Source of the DNA: Akkermansiaceae bacterium
GTDB taxonomy: Bacteria > Verrucomicrobiota > Verrucomicrobiia > Verrucomicrobiales > Akkermansiaceae
Assembly (NCBI GenBank): GCA_049240965.1
Contig: JBMLRP010000056.1
Coordinates: forward strand, 1,425-65,424
DNA: 64,000 nt
Direction of reading: 5' to 3'
Shown in pieces: positions 1 to 9,367 of this stretch (within the stretch, counting starts at the first letter, position 1; each line of letters begins with the position of its first letter). The notes beneath the pieces are model-generated. The model was not told the DNA's origin. It worked only from the letters and a program-made list of their open reading frames with translations, and made no database searches. The translations under genes were made by a program, and so were the position numbers.

Positions 1-126
1 TACCTCACGACCATTAGAGGAGAATACCGTTTACCTGACCGTGAAATGGAGCGCTTGCTCAAGGAAAATCCCCCCTTTACTGAACCTCCGCATGAACCAA
101 CAAATGTGATTCAGTTCAGGAACTAA
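1..126 (+). CDS. partial CDS: C-terminal 41 codons of an unidentified protein entering from upstream
   Basis: Frame 1 is open from base 1 to TAA at 124-126 (...REMERLLKENPPFTEPPHEPTNVIQFRN*). No motif recognised, so coding status itself is uncertain. Confidence 0.25.
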   Translation, partial: YLTTIRGEYRLPDREMERLLKENPPFTEPPHEPTNVIQFRN

Positions 127-171
127 ATTCCCCCGCAAGCCCTGGCGCTGTCGATTAGTCGAATATCAACT

Positions 172-1413
172 TTATTCTGGTTCTCGCTGTGGAGATGGCG
201 TTTTTTCATCAAACGCGCAGGCGAACCAAAGTAGGCAGAAAACTGTGAATACACAGAGCACGAGCCAGTAAGCCCCCCAGTTGCCGTTGCGCTCTACCGT
301 CGCGGTATAGAGCCATTTCAAGCCCAGGGTTCCAATCAAAGTACCTACGCCATTGGACATGAGACCGAGCAAACCCTGCATTTGTCCCCGCATGCCAACA
401 TCAACACGCCGATCAAGAAAAATTTGCCCCGTGATAAAAAACAACGTGTAGCAGACTCCATGAGTGGCGATACCGACCCACATCATGGGCATGAACTGCT
501 GATATCCCGCGTAGGAAAAAATCACAAAGCGGATGACGCAGAAGATCAAGCCGGCAACCAATAATGTCTTGAGGCGATATCGAATCATCAGCCATCCCGT
601 CACCGCCATGGCCGCCACTTCACTCCACTGGCCGAAACTCATGGTGAAGGTCGATCTCTGGTCGCCTAGGTCATGCAAATGCGCGGGTGTGTGCATGTAG
701 AATGAGGCGATGGGCATCGATAACAATGCCGACGCAATCAACAGTGTGCGCAGGTCTTTTTCCCTCAGCAAACGGAACGCATCGAAGCCTAACAAACTGC
801 GCCATGTTCCGGGCACTCCACGCGGTGGAGTATGCGGGCAGATGAAAACCAGAGCAGCAAGGATGACCCGACACGCAGCGCCGGCATAACCAGCCAGAGG
901 AGAGGCATCCGCCCGCAAAACCAGACTGGAAACCCAGCCGCCAATGATCCAACCCACCGTACACCACAACCGCACCTGCGCGAACTGTTGCTCAGGCCGG
1001 GGCAGATGCGTCATCGCCATGGTAATCACCAGATTCCACAAAGGGGCGGCAATGACCGATGTGACAAAAAACAAACTGATGAACCACCAAGGCGACCCAT
1101 CAGGGCGAATGAAAGAAAACGCCGCAACCATGGTCAAGGTACTCACGATGCAGATCCATCCCGCCAATGTTTGCGCGGCGATGCGTTGATCCGCCAACGC
1201 GCCACTGAACAAGGGCGACACCAATGAGGCGAGAGGCATAATGACAAACGCCCACGCCACCCATTCATTTCCCCATCCTGCAGCACGAATAATATTGGTC
1301 AATCCAGGAAGCCACATTCCCGGACCCATACCGAGCATGAAATACATTGCACACAAACGAAACATCACCGCTCGATGCTGTGGTGGTTGGTGGCTCACAT
1401 TTTCCTCAGACAC
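172..1413 (-). CDS. MFS transporter, NupG/XapB nucleoside:H+ symporter-like
   Basis: 413-aa ORF, hydrophobic throughout with about 12 predicted helices. The N-terminal region (GMWLPGLTNII...SPLFSGALADQRIAAQ) resembles the NupG-family GSWLTTLG...GIVADKWLSA pattern. Confidence 0.7.
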   Translation of the reverse strand: MSEENVSHQPPQHRAVMFRLCAMYFMLGMGPGMWLPGLTNIIRAAGWGNEWVAWAFVIMPLASLVSPLFSGALADQRIAAQTLAGWICIVSTLTMVAAFSFIRPDGSPWWFISLFFVTSVIAAPLWNLVITMAMTHLPRPEQQFAQVRLWCTVGWIIGGWVSSLVLRADASPLAGYAGAACRVILAALVFICPHTPPRGVPGTWRSLLGFDAFRLLREKDLRTLLIASALLSMPIASFYMHTPAHLHDLGDQRSTFTMSFGQWSEVAAMAVTGWLMIRYRLKTLLVAGLIFCVIRFVIFSYAGYQQFMPMMWVGIATHGVCYTLFFITGQIFLDRRVDVGMRGQMQGLLGLMSNGVGTLIGTLGLKWLYTATVERNGNWGAYWLVLCVFTVFCLLWFACAFDEKTPSPQREPE

Positions 1414-1571
1414 TTGCGAAGTTTGTGACGTAATTCCGGTCTTTTGCCAATCGCATTCAAGAAAAATGACAGGAGATTCAGTGGGATTGCATTTTGTTCA
1501 TCGTATTACGGGTCAAGAACTGGAATACAGGCGCGGGTGCCTCGCTTCATGAAGGACAACAGAGCATCCGC

Positions 1572-1594
1572 GCGGGCGTCTCGCCCGCTTGCCT
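1572..1594. repeat. 23-bp direct repeat copy 1 (GCGGGCGTCTCGCCCGCTTGCCT), contains a 7-bp-stem hairpin
   Basis: Identical 23-mer to 2593-2615. GCGGGCG-TCT-CGCCCGC is self-complementary. It lies 6 nt beyond the mrr stop codon. Confidence 0.9.
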
Positions 1595-1600
1595 GTGTCT

Positions 1601-2512
1601 TTACGCATCAACAAAATAATCAGAATCGATTTTCTTTACTTCGTAATTTGACGCAGATGCCACACCGACATTGTGATCGAACATCAATTGTGTAAGCATC
1701 GAACCGTCGATTAAAATGATTTTTGTATCAATCCGTGCTGCAAATTCCCTTGCCTCACTCGTGAAATTTGAGGTGGTAATGAAAATTCCTTTTTTTGCGC
1801 GTTGTCCTTGGAGAGCACCGGCAAACTTCTGAATTTCCGGTCTTCCCACGACTCCTTCCCAGCGTTTGGCTTGGAGATAAATGATATCGAGCCCCAGAGG
1901 ATCCTCATTAATAATGCCATCAATGCCCTCATCTCCACTGCGTCCCAGAGCTTTTCCTGCATCTTTCCGATTTCCACCATAGCCCATTCGAACGACCAAA
2001 TCTACCACCACGCGCTCTAAAAAATCCGGAGGGCTTGCCATGATCTGCGCAAGCAAATCGCTTTCGATTTGCCGGCGCACTTGCACATAAGCGTTTTCCA
2101 GAATTTCTTCAGGAGTCTGGGAATTTTCTGTTTCCTCGACTTGCGATGCAGGCTCATCGTCGGACTTTCTACGATTCCGAAATTCACGATAGGCTTCATA
2201 TTCTTGAAGCACCCTGAGATCAATGCGCACTGGATTCTGCCCAAGTGCTTCAATCCCTCGGGGCGTAATTACGGTGACGGCTCTGCGAGGCGAAGTAAGC
2301 AAGCCAGCTTGCGAGATATGCGACTTCGCCCAACCGATGCGATTATCAAACAAACGAGCACCGCCACTGGGAAGCATTTCACGGCGCTCGTCTTCCGTTA
2401 GGTCAAATTGCGTAGCGAGTTCCGCGACGAGATCGCGATTAAGGTGTTCATGACCATCAGCATGAGCAAGAAGCAAGGGACGCATCAACGTTTGAAAATC
2501 GGGAATAGGCAC
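1601..2512 (-). CDS. mrr: Mrr-family type IV (modification-dependent) restriction endonuclease
   Basis: 303 aa. N-terminal Mrr_N-like winged helix (IPDFQTLMRPLL...NRIGWAKSHISQAGLL) and C-terminal Mrr catalytic core (GDEGIDGII...IIYLQAKRW, D-(Q/E)xK type). Confidence 0.88.
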   Translation of the reverse strand: MPIPDFQTLMRPLLLAHADGHEHLNRDLVAELATQFDLTEDERREMLPSGGARLFDNRIGWAKSHISQAGLLTSPRRAVTVITPRGIEALGQNPVRIDLRVLQEYEAYREFRNRRKSDDEPASQVEETENSQTPEEILENAYVQVRRQIESDLLAQIMASPPDFLERVVVDLVVRMGYGGNRKDAGKALGRSGDEGIDGIINEDPLGLDIIYLQAKRWEGVVGRPEIQKFAGALQGQRAKKGIFITTSNFTSEAREFAARIDTKIILIDGSMLTQLMFDHNVGVASASNYEVKKIDSDYFVDA

Positions 2513-2592
2513 GCAACTAGCCTACCGGAAAAAGCTAGCAGGACAAGGCGTTTCCGTGGCGGTACTTTCCAAGCACAGTGTAAGACCGTGGT

Positions 2593-2615
2593 GCGGGCGT
2601 CTCGCCCGCTTGCCT
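2593..2615. repeat. 23-bp direct repeat copy 2 (GCGGGCGTCTCGCCCGCTTGCCT)
   Basis: Identical to 1572-1594, in the same orientation. It lies 80 nt upstream of the mrr start and 45 nt beyond the rnr stop. Confidence 0.9.
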
Positions 2616-2652
2616 ATACTAGAATGATTGATAGGCTGGGAGGCGAGACGCC
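2596..2652 (-). repeat. extended imperfect inverted repeat just downstream of rnr (possible terminator or REP pair)
   Basis: GGCGTCTCGCC (2596-2606) pairs with GGCGAGACGCC (2642-2652). An inner GCCTAT (2612-2617) pairs with ATAGGC (2631-2636), with a 13-nt loop and a 5x5 internal loop. No U-tract follows on the minus strand. Confidence 0.4.
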
Positions 2653-2660
2653 TCCGCCAC

Positions 2661-5039
2661 TTATCGCCTGCGCCTGCTTTTGGGCTTCTCTGTTTTGGGT
2701 TCTCCGCGCTGGCGGGCTTGTTTTGTTGGAGGCCGTGGTGTCTCTCTCGCTCCCTGCGGTTTTTTACCACGATTCCCCTGCTTGCGCGCACCCTGTTTGT
2801 TCGAACCCTGCTGCTTTCCTCGGGGTTCGCGGGCTTCTCCAGCGATCGTGAAGTCGACGAATTTTCTCACAAAGTCCACCTTGCCCACACGAAGCGGGAC
2901 CGCTTGTCCGGCGCGGAATTCTCGTCCACTACGACTGTTGAATCGCAAACGAGCCGCATCAAAATACCAATCGCCTGGCGGCAGATCCTCGCGTTTTACG
3001 ACGCCTTTCATACCGATGGCAATGGCCTCGACAAACAGACCCATAGGACGAACCTCAGTGATCATGCCTTCGAAGGTGGGCGCATCTTTCATTTCACCAG
3101 CCTTGGCCAACCACTCCATCAGCTTGAGTTGTTTGGTCTCGCTTTCGGCCCCGGCGGAAGTTCGCTCGGTGGTGGAAATGTGTTGGGCGATCTCGATCAA
3201 TTCGCGCTGCGGCGGTGTACGGTCGCAGACCTTGGGCGCGTTGCGCAGCAGGGGTTGCAGGGCGCGATGGACGATGAGGTCGGCATAACGACGGATGGGA
3301 CTGGTGAAATGGCAGTAGTCGGTTTTCGCCAAGCCATAGTGGCCTAACGGATCCACGTCATACTGCGCGCGTTTGAGACTTTTCAACAGACCGAGTTTGA
3401 TCACGTGCTCATCAGGATTGCCCTTGGCGGCATCCAACAATTGCTGCACATGCGCGCGGTTGCTGAGGTCGCCGACTTGGTAACCAAAAGAACGCGCGGT
3501 CTCGGCGAAGGAATTGAGTTTTTCAAAGTCCGGGTCTTCATGCACACGATGCACCACCGGTTTTTGTTTGCGTTTCAGTGCGAGTGCCACGGCATCATTG
3601 GCCGCGAGCATGCATTCCTCGATGAGCTGGTGGCTGCTGGTATGTATCACCTCGCGCACTTCGCAAGCCTTACCTTTATCGTCGAGAATCACGCGGAACT
3701 CCGGAAACTCCAGATCAAGCGAGCCCATCTTGAATCGCAGTTCGCGCATGCGCGATGCCATTTTCCATGCCTCGCGCACCAATGCCGTGGCCACAGGATC
3801 ACCGCTGTCATCGCCATCGAGCATGGACTGCGCAACCTCGTAAGATAGTTTCGCACGACTGTGAATCACCGCGTCAAAAAACTCCGCCTTGGCGATGCGG
3901 CCACTGTGATCAATATCCATCAACGCGCATTTCGTGAGCCGATCCACATCCGGCTTGAGCGAACAAATGCCGTTGCTCAATTCCGGTGGCAACATCGGCA
4001 ACACGCGATCGACAAGATAGGTCGAGTTTCCCCTTTTCTGCGCTTCCGCGTCCATCGCAGTGCCCGGTTTCACATAATGGGAAACATCAGCAATGTGCAC
4101 AGCAAGCCGCCAACCCGAGGGAATGCGCTCGACCCAGATCGCGTCATCGTGGTCCTTGGCGTCGGCGGGGTCGATCGTCATCACCAACCGGTCGCGCCAA
4201 TCCTCTCGACGTTTCATCTCCTCTAACGGAATGGTCTCCGGCGTGGCGTGTGCTTCCGCCATCACGACATCCGAGAATGTAGTGCGCAAACCATTTCGAT
4301 GGATCACTGCCAGGATATCAACACCCGGATCACCCGGCCATCCAAGCACCTCGACGACGCGTCCTTTCGGTGCCTTGTTCGCCTGATCCCAACGATCCAG
4401 CTCCAAGACCACCAACTGCCCGTTTTGTGCGGTCGTGTCGACGCTGAGATCCACGGATCCCTTCAGTGCCACATCATCCACATCGACCCAACAGAAATTG
4501 GCCTTACGTCGGAAAACTCCTATGACCTTGCCGCTGCGGCGTGAAACGACCTGCTCCACCCGCACCTTGGGTGCAACCTCTTCCCATTCGGATTCGGAAA
4601 AACGTCCTCGTGGACGCGAAAATTTGGGTGTTTGCAATACCTGGACCATCACGCGGTCACCATCGAGAGCGGTGCCACAATCGCGCTGCTCGGCACGGAA
4701 GCGATCGAACTGCGTGAAATCCCAGTCCTTGTTTTCCGGTGCGGCAAGGTCCGCATATACCCAGGCAAAACCTTTGGAGGCGAAGCGAATCGTGCCGATA
4801 AGTTGCCGGGGCGTCCGAGGTGTTGGCGAAGTTTTCACCAACTCATAACGTGATTTTTTTCCCTGCACGATTTTTCCCGCAGAGACGAGTTTGTGGAGAA
4901 TGTTGCGCATGGCCGCGCGGTCGTTCGAGTGGATTTCCATGGCGCGCGCCAACTCGGAGGCATCCATCGCCCGATAATCCGCGGCGGCCATGAATCGCAA
5001 CACCGCCTGTTCGTTTAATTTCATGCTGACACCTTGCAT
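2661..5039 (-). CDS. rnr: ribonuclease R
   Basis: 792 aa. RNB catalytic motif TIDPADAKDHDDAIWV, C-terminal S1 domain (FEGMITEVRPMGLFVE) and a long Lys/Arg-rich tail. Confidence 0.95.
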   Translation of the reverse strand: MQGVSMKLNEQAVLRFMAAADYRAMDASELARAMEIHSNDRAAMRNILHKLVSAGKIVQGKKSRYELVKTSPTPRTPRQLIGTIRFASKGFAWVYADLAAPENKDWDFTQFDRFRAEQRDCGTALDGDRVMVQVLQTPKFSRPRGRFSESEWEEVAPKVRVEQVVSRRSGKVIGVFRRKANFCWVDVDDVALKGSVDLSVDTTAQNGQLVVLELDRWDQANKAPKGRVVEVLGWPGDPGVDILAVIHRNGLRTTFSDVVMAEAHATPETIPLEEMKRREDWRDRLVMTIDPADAKDHDDAIWVERIPSGWRLAVHIADVSHYVKPGTAMDAEAQKRGNSTYLVDRVLPMLPPELSNGICSLKPDVDRLTKCALMDIDHSGRIAKAEFFDAVIHSRAKLSYEVAQSMLDGDDSGDPVATALVREAWKMASRMRELRFKMGSLDLEFPEFRVILDDKGKACEVREVIHTSSHQLIEECMLAANDAVALALKRKQKPVVHRVHEDPDFEKLNSFAETARSFGYQVGDLSNRAHVQQLLDAAKGNPDEHVIKLGLLKSLKRAQYDVDPLGHYGLAKTDYCHFTSPIRRYADLIVHRALQPLLRNAPKVCDRTPPQRELIEIAQHISTTERTSAGAESETKQLKLMEWLAKAGEMKDAPTFEGMITEVRPMGLFVEAIAIGMKGVVKREDLPPGDWYFDAARLRFNSRSGREFRAGQAVPLRVGKVDFVRKFVDFTIAGEAREPRGKQQGSNKQGARKQGNRGKKPQGARETPRPPTKQARQRGEPKTEKPKSRRRR

Positions 5040-5075
5040 GAAACAAGCGCTTCTCGCAATGACAAAGTCAATGAC

Positions 5076-6269
5076 CTATGGTGTGTAGATCACCACTGGA
5101 CCAACGCCAGAACTTTGTACGCTGCGCAACTTGCTCACCGCCGCGCTGACATGAGATGCAGCCTTTAGCGCTTCTTCGATCGTATTTTCCACGCTGAAGC
5201 TGAAACGCAGACTGCTTTTCGCACGTGCATCAGAAAAACCCATCGCTTTCTGCACGTGGGAGGGTTGCTGCTTGCCGGACATGCACGCCGAACCAGCGGA
5301 GCAGGCCACACCCTTTTCATCTAATAATATCAACAGCCCGGCAGCTTCACAACCATCAAAAGAAAGATGACTCGTGTTCGGCAAACGCGAGGCTGGGTCG
5401 CCATTGACGCTGACGCCTGACACACCCGCGAGGACTGCTTGTTCAAAGGCGTCGCGCATTTCCGACATCCTTGCTTCAGATCCTTCGGCAAGTCGTTTTT
5501 TTGCAAGTTCCGCCGCAACACCCATGCCCACAATGAGCGGGACCGCTTCGGTTCCACTGCGCATTCCTCGTTCCTGCCCCCCACCATAGAGCAGTGGTGA
5601 AAACTTTGTGCCACGCCGCAGATAGAGCGCACCCACTCCCTTCGGGCCATGAAATTTGTGCGCGGAGAGCGCCAGGGCATCGACCGCCACATCTGTGACC
5701 GCCAGAGGAATTTTTCCTACCGCTTGCACCGCATCGCAAAAAAATGGCACTCCATGTTCGTGGGCCAACGTCGAGGCCTTTTGCCAATCCATGATCACAC
5801 CGGTCTCATTGTTCGCCGCCATCCCCGCGGCAAAGGCAGCACCCATCAAATCTTGTTGCCATACCGAAATATCCAATGCCCCGGCTTCATTGACTCCGCA
5901 AGTCAGCATCGTTCGAGTCAATGCCGCTCCAGCGCGAAGTACGGCGCTGTGTTCCACCGCCGTGGTAAGGAAATGCCCCGAACCGCCCATGCCATCCCAA
6001 CTGCGCAACAAGGCGTTGATGGATTCCGTGCCTCCACTGGTGAAAACAATTTCGTCATCCTGAGCCCCAATCAACTCCGCCACCTGCGCACGCGCCAATT
6101 CGATCGCCGCGCGCGCTTTCTTTCCGCCACGATGGCTGCTGGAGGGGTTGTGAAATCCAGCACGCCACCAAGGCATCATGGCTTCCCACACTTCTTCCGC
6201 CAGGGGGCTCGTAGCATTGGCATCGAGATACATCGCGTTGAAACTAACTGGATGAGACGATCGTATCAA
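5076..6269 (-). CDS. cysteine desulfurase (NifS/IscS class V aminotransferase)
   Basis: PLP-lysine motif SAHKFHGPKG and active-site Cys loop SAGSACMSG. An alternative start at 6233 (MYLDANATSPL) matches the usual family N-terminus. Confidence 0.88.
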   Translation of the reverse strand: MIRSSHPVSFNAMYLDANATSPLAEEVWEAMMPWWRAGFHNPSSSHRGGKKARAAIELARAQVAELIGAQDDEIVFTSGGTESINALLRSWDGMGGSGHFLTTAVEHSAVLRAGAALTRTMLTCGVNEAGALDISVWQQDLMGAAFAAGMAANNETGVIMDWQKASTLAHEHGVPFFCDAVQAVGKIPLAVTDVAVDALALSAHKFHGPKGVGALYLRRGTKFSPLLYGGGQERGMRSGTEAVPLIVGMGVAAELAKKRLAEGSEARMSEMRDAFEQAVLAGVSGVSVNGDPASRLPNTSHLSFDGCEAAGLLILLDEKGVACSAGSACMSGKQQPSHVQKAMGFSDARAKSSLRFSFSVENTIEEALKAASHVSAAVSKLRSVQSSGVGPVVIYTP

Positions 6270-6318
6270 TCCTCAGTCGAAAAAATCGTTCGACCACTGA
6301 TTTAAGCATTCATGCGGC

Positions 6319-7761
6319 TCATGGCTTGGGGATTTCATTGAGCGTGTAAAACGCCTGCGGGTGCCACATTTCCGCACCGCTGGCGGCTTTGATGTCTTTC
6401 AACTGCAAGTGATGCACGTGACCTTTCACCATGCCATCGACCTTCAACCGGACTTTTTTGCCATCAGCAGAAACCGTGGCCGCGCTGATGGTAGGTGTGG
6501 ATTTATCCACTTCGGGGCTACCATAACTCGATTGCAAAATGTAGGTCCATGCAGCCATGCTATAGTTTTTCACATCGGCAGCGGCAGCACGATCGACGGG
6601 CTCGGTGAAGGTGACTTCAAATCCATCGGGCTTGGCGAACATGGTCAACATTTCGAATGGCACCTTACCGCTCCAACGAACGCGCTCGAAAGTGAATGGC
6701 TTGCTCCCACGAGAAGCCCACCCACGATTCGATCCACCGGTAAAAATAATGCCACTGGGATCGAGGCGTATTGGGATGAGACCTGCTTCAAAACCTTCCA
6801 AGAAATGAAACACCGCGCCTTGATAAATGCCATTGATTTGCTCAAGACAAACACGCTGGATTTGTGAGTGGCATTGCTCGGCCACGTAGAGTTGTTCTTT
6901 CCATGGGCCGAAATTTCCATCAGTTGTATCGGCGACAATCCCGGTCGGAGACTGGCCTACCTTGCCATGTGGCAGAACCACGGCGGGAGGAATGTAGGTG
7001 GGAAACTTTGCGCGTTCCGTCTCAACTCTCGAACCTGACTGTGGGACGGGCGGCGCAGGCAGATTGGCGAGTTGGTGATATTTATTGCCAGTGGGATTCC
7101 CTTGAAAGGAACCGGGCTTGAGCCATTTCACAGAGGAGGAGCCATTCCACAATCCCTGGTTATCGCAATAGAAGACATCTCCTTTTGCATTAAAACCCAT
7201 ACCTCCCGGTGAACGGATGCCAGAGCAAGTGGGGATCATTTTTCCTTCCGGCGTCACCCGCACACACCAACCACGCCAGTTCGAGGCCGCCCCACCGGAA
7301 CCTGTGAGGCAAAGCGTAATCCAGATATTGCCCTCCTTGTCAGGCTCGGTGCCAAAAGCGTATTCATGATAGTCGCCATTGATCCCCCATTCGGAACAAA
7401 TCGTCTCAAACGCATCCGCCATGCCATCCCCATCCGTATCCTTGATCCGACTGACTTCCGGACGCTGCGTCATCCACAACCAGCCGTCTTTCCAAAACAT
7501 CCCGAAGGGCTCATGTTGACCTTGCGCGAATTTTTTCCATGTGACTTTCGATAAATCGGCACCATAGGCGCCATCGCAAATCCAAATATCACCACGGCGC
7601 GTAGCAACGGCAACCTTTTGACCGGGTAGCAAGGCCACGGAACCGATCTCCATCACCTCACCCGGAGGCAAAGGGATTTCTTCGCGCAAATAAAAATCAG
7701 ACTGCTTGGGGGCGGCATGAAGGACGCCGAGAGCCAGAAGAGATACGAGTAAAAATTTCAT
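6319..7761 (-). CDS. secreted beta-propeller protein (sorbosone/glucose dehydrogenase-like fold, PVC-type)
   Basis: ATG at 7761 gives a canonical signal peptide MKFLLVSLLALGVLHA. The ORF-track start at 7785 is a TTG overlapping the upstream stop. Repeated DGDG/WG propeller-like segments. The family assignment is tentative. Confidence 0.55.
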   Translation of the reverse strand: MKFLLVSLLALGVLHAAPKQSDFYLREEIPLPPGEVMEIGSVALLPGQKVAVATRRGDIWICDGAYGADLSKVTWKKFAQGQHEPFGMFWKDGWLWMTQRPEVSRIKDTDGDGMADAFETICSEWGINGDYHEYAFGTEPDKEGNIWITLCLTGSGGAASNWRGWCVRVTPEGKMIPTCSGIRSPGGMGFNAKGDVFYCDNQGLWNGSSSVKWLKPGSFQGNPTGNKYHQLANLPAPPVPQSGSRVETERAKFPTYIPPAVVLPHGKVGQSPTGIVADTTDGNFGPWKEQLYVAEQCHSQIQRVCLEQINGIYQGAVFHFLEGFEAGLIPIRLDPSGIIFTGGSNRGWASRGSKPFTFERVRWSGKVPFEMLTMFAKPDGFEVTFTEPVDRAAAADVKNYSMAAWTYILQSSYGSPEVDKSTPTISAATVSADGKKVRLKVDGMVKGHVHHLQLKDIKAASGAEMWHPQAFYTLNEIPKP

Positions 7762-7778
7762 GAATCGTAAAAATAGAA

Positions 7779-9287
7779 TTACCAAATATAGCGGATCTGG
7801 ACCTGTGGATGTGCTAAATCCATCACAACGGTGTTGTTGATATAGCGGAACGTAGCCCCGCTCACCTGAACCGTGAGTCCTCCTGCAGTAAAGCGATCGG
7901 GCTGTGCATCGGTGACAGCGCCTTGGAATATCAACACACTGAGCGGTTTTGTGGCTTTACCCTCCACGCGCATGGTACGCAACAATGCGGGAGAGGGTGA
8001 AGTCACGGATTCGTAACCATCAAACACGAGGACTCCCGATGCCTCGACGAGGAATGTAGGATTTCCTTCCGAGCCGAGTTGATACCCACGAAATTTCGAA
8101 ATCGCCTCGGTGGTAGCAGGCCAGGCAGATGATGACTCCGAGGTGAATGCATAAGCCTTGGCTTTACCCAAGGTGAAAACCTTTTCTCCCGCTGGTGGTT
8201 CATAACCAACTCCACGATCCGTCCAATGGTGACCCGCATCAATGAACTTCCCTCCCCATAACAATTCCATGCTGAGATTGTCGGCGCTGTATGCAAGATT
8301 GATCGCTCCGGGGAAACCCACACCGATGCCGCGCGCGGTTGTTCCTTGGATAAAATTCCGATAAATCACCGGACGATTGGCATCTGGCTTGAGCAAGATT
8401 TCCGGCCATGTCTTCCCTGACTTTCCTGACTTCTCTTTGCTCAACCAGCGGATCGCCCGCTCTTTGGGAAGTTTCACTCCGACACTAAGACCCTCATTGC
8501 CGGAAAACTCGAAATACTCGACGCGCACTTTATGCAGCCCTGGTTTCATATCCACGACTTTTTTTACTGCACGACCAACGGGACCAATCGCTTTGATTTC
8601 TGCCACGACAGCACCATCAACAAGCAAACGCGATCCGTCATCGGAATCCAGATGAAATTCACACTTTCCCGCTGGTGTCTCTAGCTCGCCTTCCCACACC
8701 ATGGCGAAACCATCGGTCTTGGCATACGAGCTGTAATCGATCACGCCCCGAGGCTCTTCTTCCACGGCAGCAGGCTTGAGTTTCGAAAAGTCCGGCATGC
8801 TCTGGAACGACCCCTTGTAGTAATAGGAAATCAAATTCGCCAGCGGAGCTTTGGCATTTTCGAGCGGGTGTAATTTCAACAATTCATCTGCAGTCCAATA
8901 ATTTTTTCGTTGGGCGGTGGCGGCACGTATCTTTTTCACCTGATCCACAGAGACGGCAGAAGCCTTATTACCCCATGAGGAACGCACGTATGTGAGAATG
9001 GCAGCGATCTGATCATCAGGCAAAGCCGCGCCCTGTGGTGGCATTTCCAGATTGTAAGTTTTGCCGTTGACCTCGACCGGTTGGTGCAGGCCGTGGAGCA
9101 CGATTTTAACCGCACGTTCAGGATTTCCCAACGGCCACGGAGAGCCAGCCAGCGGAGGAAATTGACCACCAGTAGCACCTTTGCCGTCGGCACCGTGACA
9201 TGCTGAACAATAGAGGCCGTAGAGTTGACCACCGTCTTGTCCGGCCAGAGGCATGACAAGGAGTAAGGAGATAAGGAAATTGCGCAT
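7779..9287 (-). CDS. secreted c-type cytochrome domain / PA14 domain protein
   Basis: Signal peptide, then heme motif CSACHG with a distal Met region (NLEMPPQG). Central PA14-like block FHLDSDDGSRLLVDGAVV...GLHKVRVEYFEFSGNEGLSV. The C-terminal ~250 aa are unassigned. Confidence 0.65.
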   Translation of the reverse strand: MRNFLISLLLVMPLAGQDGGQLYGLYCSACHGADGKGATGGQFPPLAGSPWPLGNPERAVKIVLHGLHQPVEVNGKTYNLEMPPQGAALPDDQIAAILTYVRSSWGNKASAVSVDQVKKIRAATAQRKNYWTADELLKLHPLENAKAPLANLISYYYKGSFQSMPDFSKLKPAAVEEEPRGVIDYSSYAKTDGFAMVWEGELETPAGKCEFHLDSDDGSRLLVDGAVVAEIKAIGPVGRAVKKVVDMKPGLHKVRVEYFEFSGNEGLSVGVKLPKERAIRWLSKEKSGKSGKTWPEILLKPDANRPVIYRNFIQGTTARGIGVGFPGAINLAYSADNLSMELLWGGKFIDAGHHWTDRGVGYEPPAGEKVFTLGKAKAYAFTSESSSAWPATTEAISKFRGYQLGSEGNPTFLVEASGVLVFDGYESVTSPSPALLRTMRVEGKATKPLSVLIFQGAVTDAQPDRFTAGGLTVQVSGATFRYINNTVVMDLAHPQVQIRYIW

Positions 9288-9367
9288 GGGTATCTTGTCG
9301 TGTGATACTAACCCATAGAACGTTTTATTTCAATAAATCAGTTACATCCCGTGAAACCGCGATTGCG

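Larger units (their letters stand above)
1572..2615 (-). mobile_element. possible single-gene insertion cassette (mrr) bounded by 23-bp direct repeats
   Basis: Identical direct repeats at both ends. Hand-counted G+C is 33-47% in four 60-nt lines of mrr versus 57-65% in two lines of neighbouring rnr. No recombinase gene is present inside. Confidence 0.3.

Noticed and set aside
1576-2650. CGTCTC / GAGACG (BsmBI/Esp3I type IIS sites) lie inside the repeats flanking mrr, which raises the thought of a cloning scar.
   Set aside because: The sites are part of a 23-bp natural-looking hairpin repeat. The two flanking copies are in direct rather than Golden-Gate-style inverted orientation, and the surrounding DNA is ordinary chromosomal sequence.
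6503-6511. TTATCCACT, an 8/9 match to the DnaA box consensus.
   Set aside because: It is a single occurrence inside a coding region, with no cluster of boxes and no AT-rich unwinding element. The spacer upstream of rpmH, where an origin might be expected, has none.
7779-7785. Apparent 7-nt overlap between the cytochrome-c/PA14 gene and the beta-propeller gene.
   Set aside because: The overlap depends on a TTG start at 7785. The ATG at 7761 yields a canonical signal peptide and no overlap, so I do not claim translational coupling.
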